A stretch of 63,907 nt of DNA, filler included. It is 9 parts of 9 records of this genome, joined end to end, with 100 filler letters (N's around TTAATTAATTAA, not from the genome) between each part and the next. Parts side by side here need not be neighbours in the genome. Positions count along the whole stretch, not along the records: positions 58,888 to 63,907 come from SRR31147125_71608; 8 more parts are not named here. One strand, given 5' to 3'. The notes below the pieces were generated by a model. It had not been told where the DNA came from and did no database searches. It was given only the letters and a program-made list of their open reading frames with translations. Shown piece after piece: positions 63,379-63,907 of the stretch. Every line of letters starts with the position of its first letter. The first letter of the stretch is position 1. A program made the position numbers and the translations under genes.

Positions 63379-63907
63379 ATGAAACAACTTATAATTTTAA
63401 CAATTGTGATTTGGGTGGGTACAGCTAACTCAATATTTGCCCAGGTAAATATCACTTTTCATGATAATATTTTAGAGCTTGAAAACAGCGAAATAAAACG
63501 TCAAATTCAACTCGATAATAACGGTAGGTTTACAAGCAACAGCTTTAAACTTTTAGAAAACAACAAAGAGTTTATTCTGAATAACAAGAACTTCAATAAA
63601 AAAGATGCCGATAAGTTTACGGTTTCTAATTCCGACGAATTTGCCTTTTTGTTAAACGATAAACAGTACACCGGTTTAAGTGGCTGGGAATATGTTTCGC
63701 ACAGCAAAGTAGTAGACGGTGTAAAGCTTATTTTGAAATCGAAAAATGCAGGTTTACAAATTGGAATTACTTACCTGATTTATCCTGAGTTACCGATAAT
63801 CCGCAAAAAAATAGAATTCACAAATACCGGTTCTTCCGAAATAAAAGTGGAATCGTTGGATATTGAACGGCTTAAAATTGTAGGCGGTGGTGTTGGGACA
63901 AGTACCT
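63379..63907 (+). CDS. Secreted glycoside hydrolase N-terminus, alpha-galactosidase (GH36)-like (3'-truncated)
   Basis: Signal peptide MKQLIILTIVIW..., then SDEF.F.LN and YPELPIIRK.I.F.N. Open to the window end. Confidence 0.55.
   Translation, partial: MKQLIILTIVIWVGTANSIFAQVNITFHDNILELENSEIKRQIQLDNNGRFTSNSFKLLENNKEFILNNKNFNKKDADKFTVSNSDEFAFLLNDKQYTGLSGWEYVSHSKVVDGVKLILKSKNAGLQIGITYLIYPELPIIRKKIEFTNTGSSEIKVESLDIERLKIVGGGVGTST

Overview
The window is not one locus. It is nine unrelated contigs joined by eight 100-bp spacers (N44-TTAATTAATTAA-N44), and it carries many homopolymer frameshifts that look like sequencing errors. (1) 1-10379, deltaproteobacterium-like: RelA/SpoT C-terminus, a TRAP transporter, and a three-gene minus-strand operon (membrane-anchored protein, degenerate dynamin-like GTPase, actin/Hsp70-fold ATPase) resembling a compact, rearranged SrfABC module. 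(2) 10480-17827, Clostridia-like: PocR/AraC regulator, corrinoid protein, HD protein, an uncharacterised beta-rich protein coupled to an RPH/PigC-like PEP-utilising phosphotransferase, and two DUF2179/DUF5698-like genes. (3) 17928-26132: part of a giant eukaryotic IPT/TIG plus Cys-rich repeat protein with a 60-bp GT-AG intron. (4) 26233-35700: early, middle and lysis region of a Mu-like transposable phage with unusual cargo (tyrosine recombinase, transglutaminase-like lipoprotein, PLA2-like protein). (5) 35801-41414: type I R-M hsdR, preceded by an ABC-ATPase-TOPRIM fusion and followed by a YgjP-like metallopeptidase. (6) 41515-47384: three tandem GH92 genes. (7) 47485-52665: two FG-GAP/ASPIC-UnbV proteins. 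(8) 52766-58787: RND efflux operon. (9) 58888-63907, Bacteroidota-like sugar-utilisation locus: sulfatase, GH117-like gene, LacI with two perfect operators, a UroD-fold methyltransferase-like gene, nested REP-like repeats and a glycosidase start. All family and taxonomic calls come from motif recognition by eye, not database searches. The best candidates for an undescribed system are the SrfABC-like triad, the R-M-embedded ATPase-TOPRIM, the beta-barrel plus phosphotransferase pair, and a possible corrinoid-type sugar O-demethylase.
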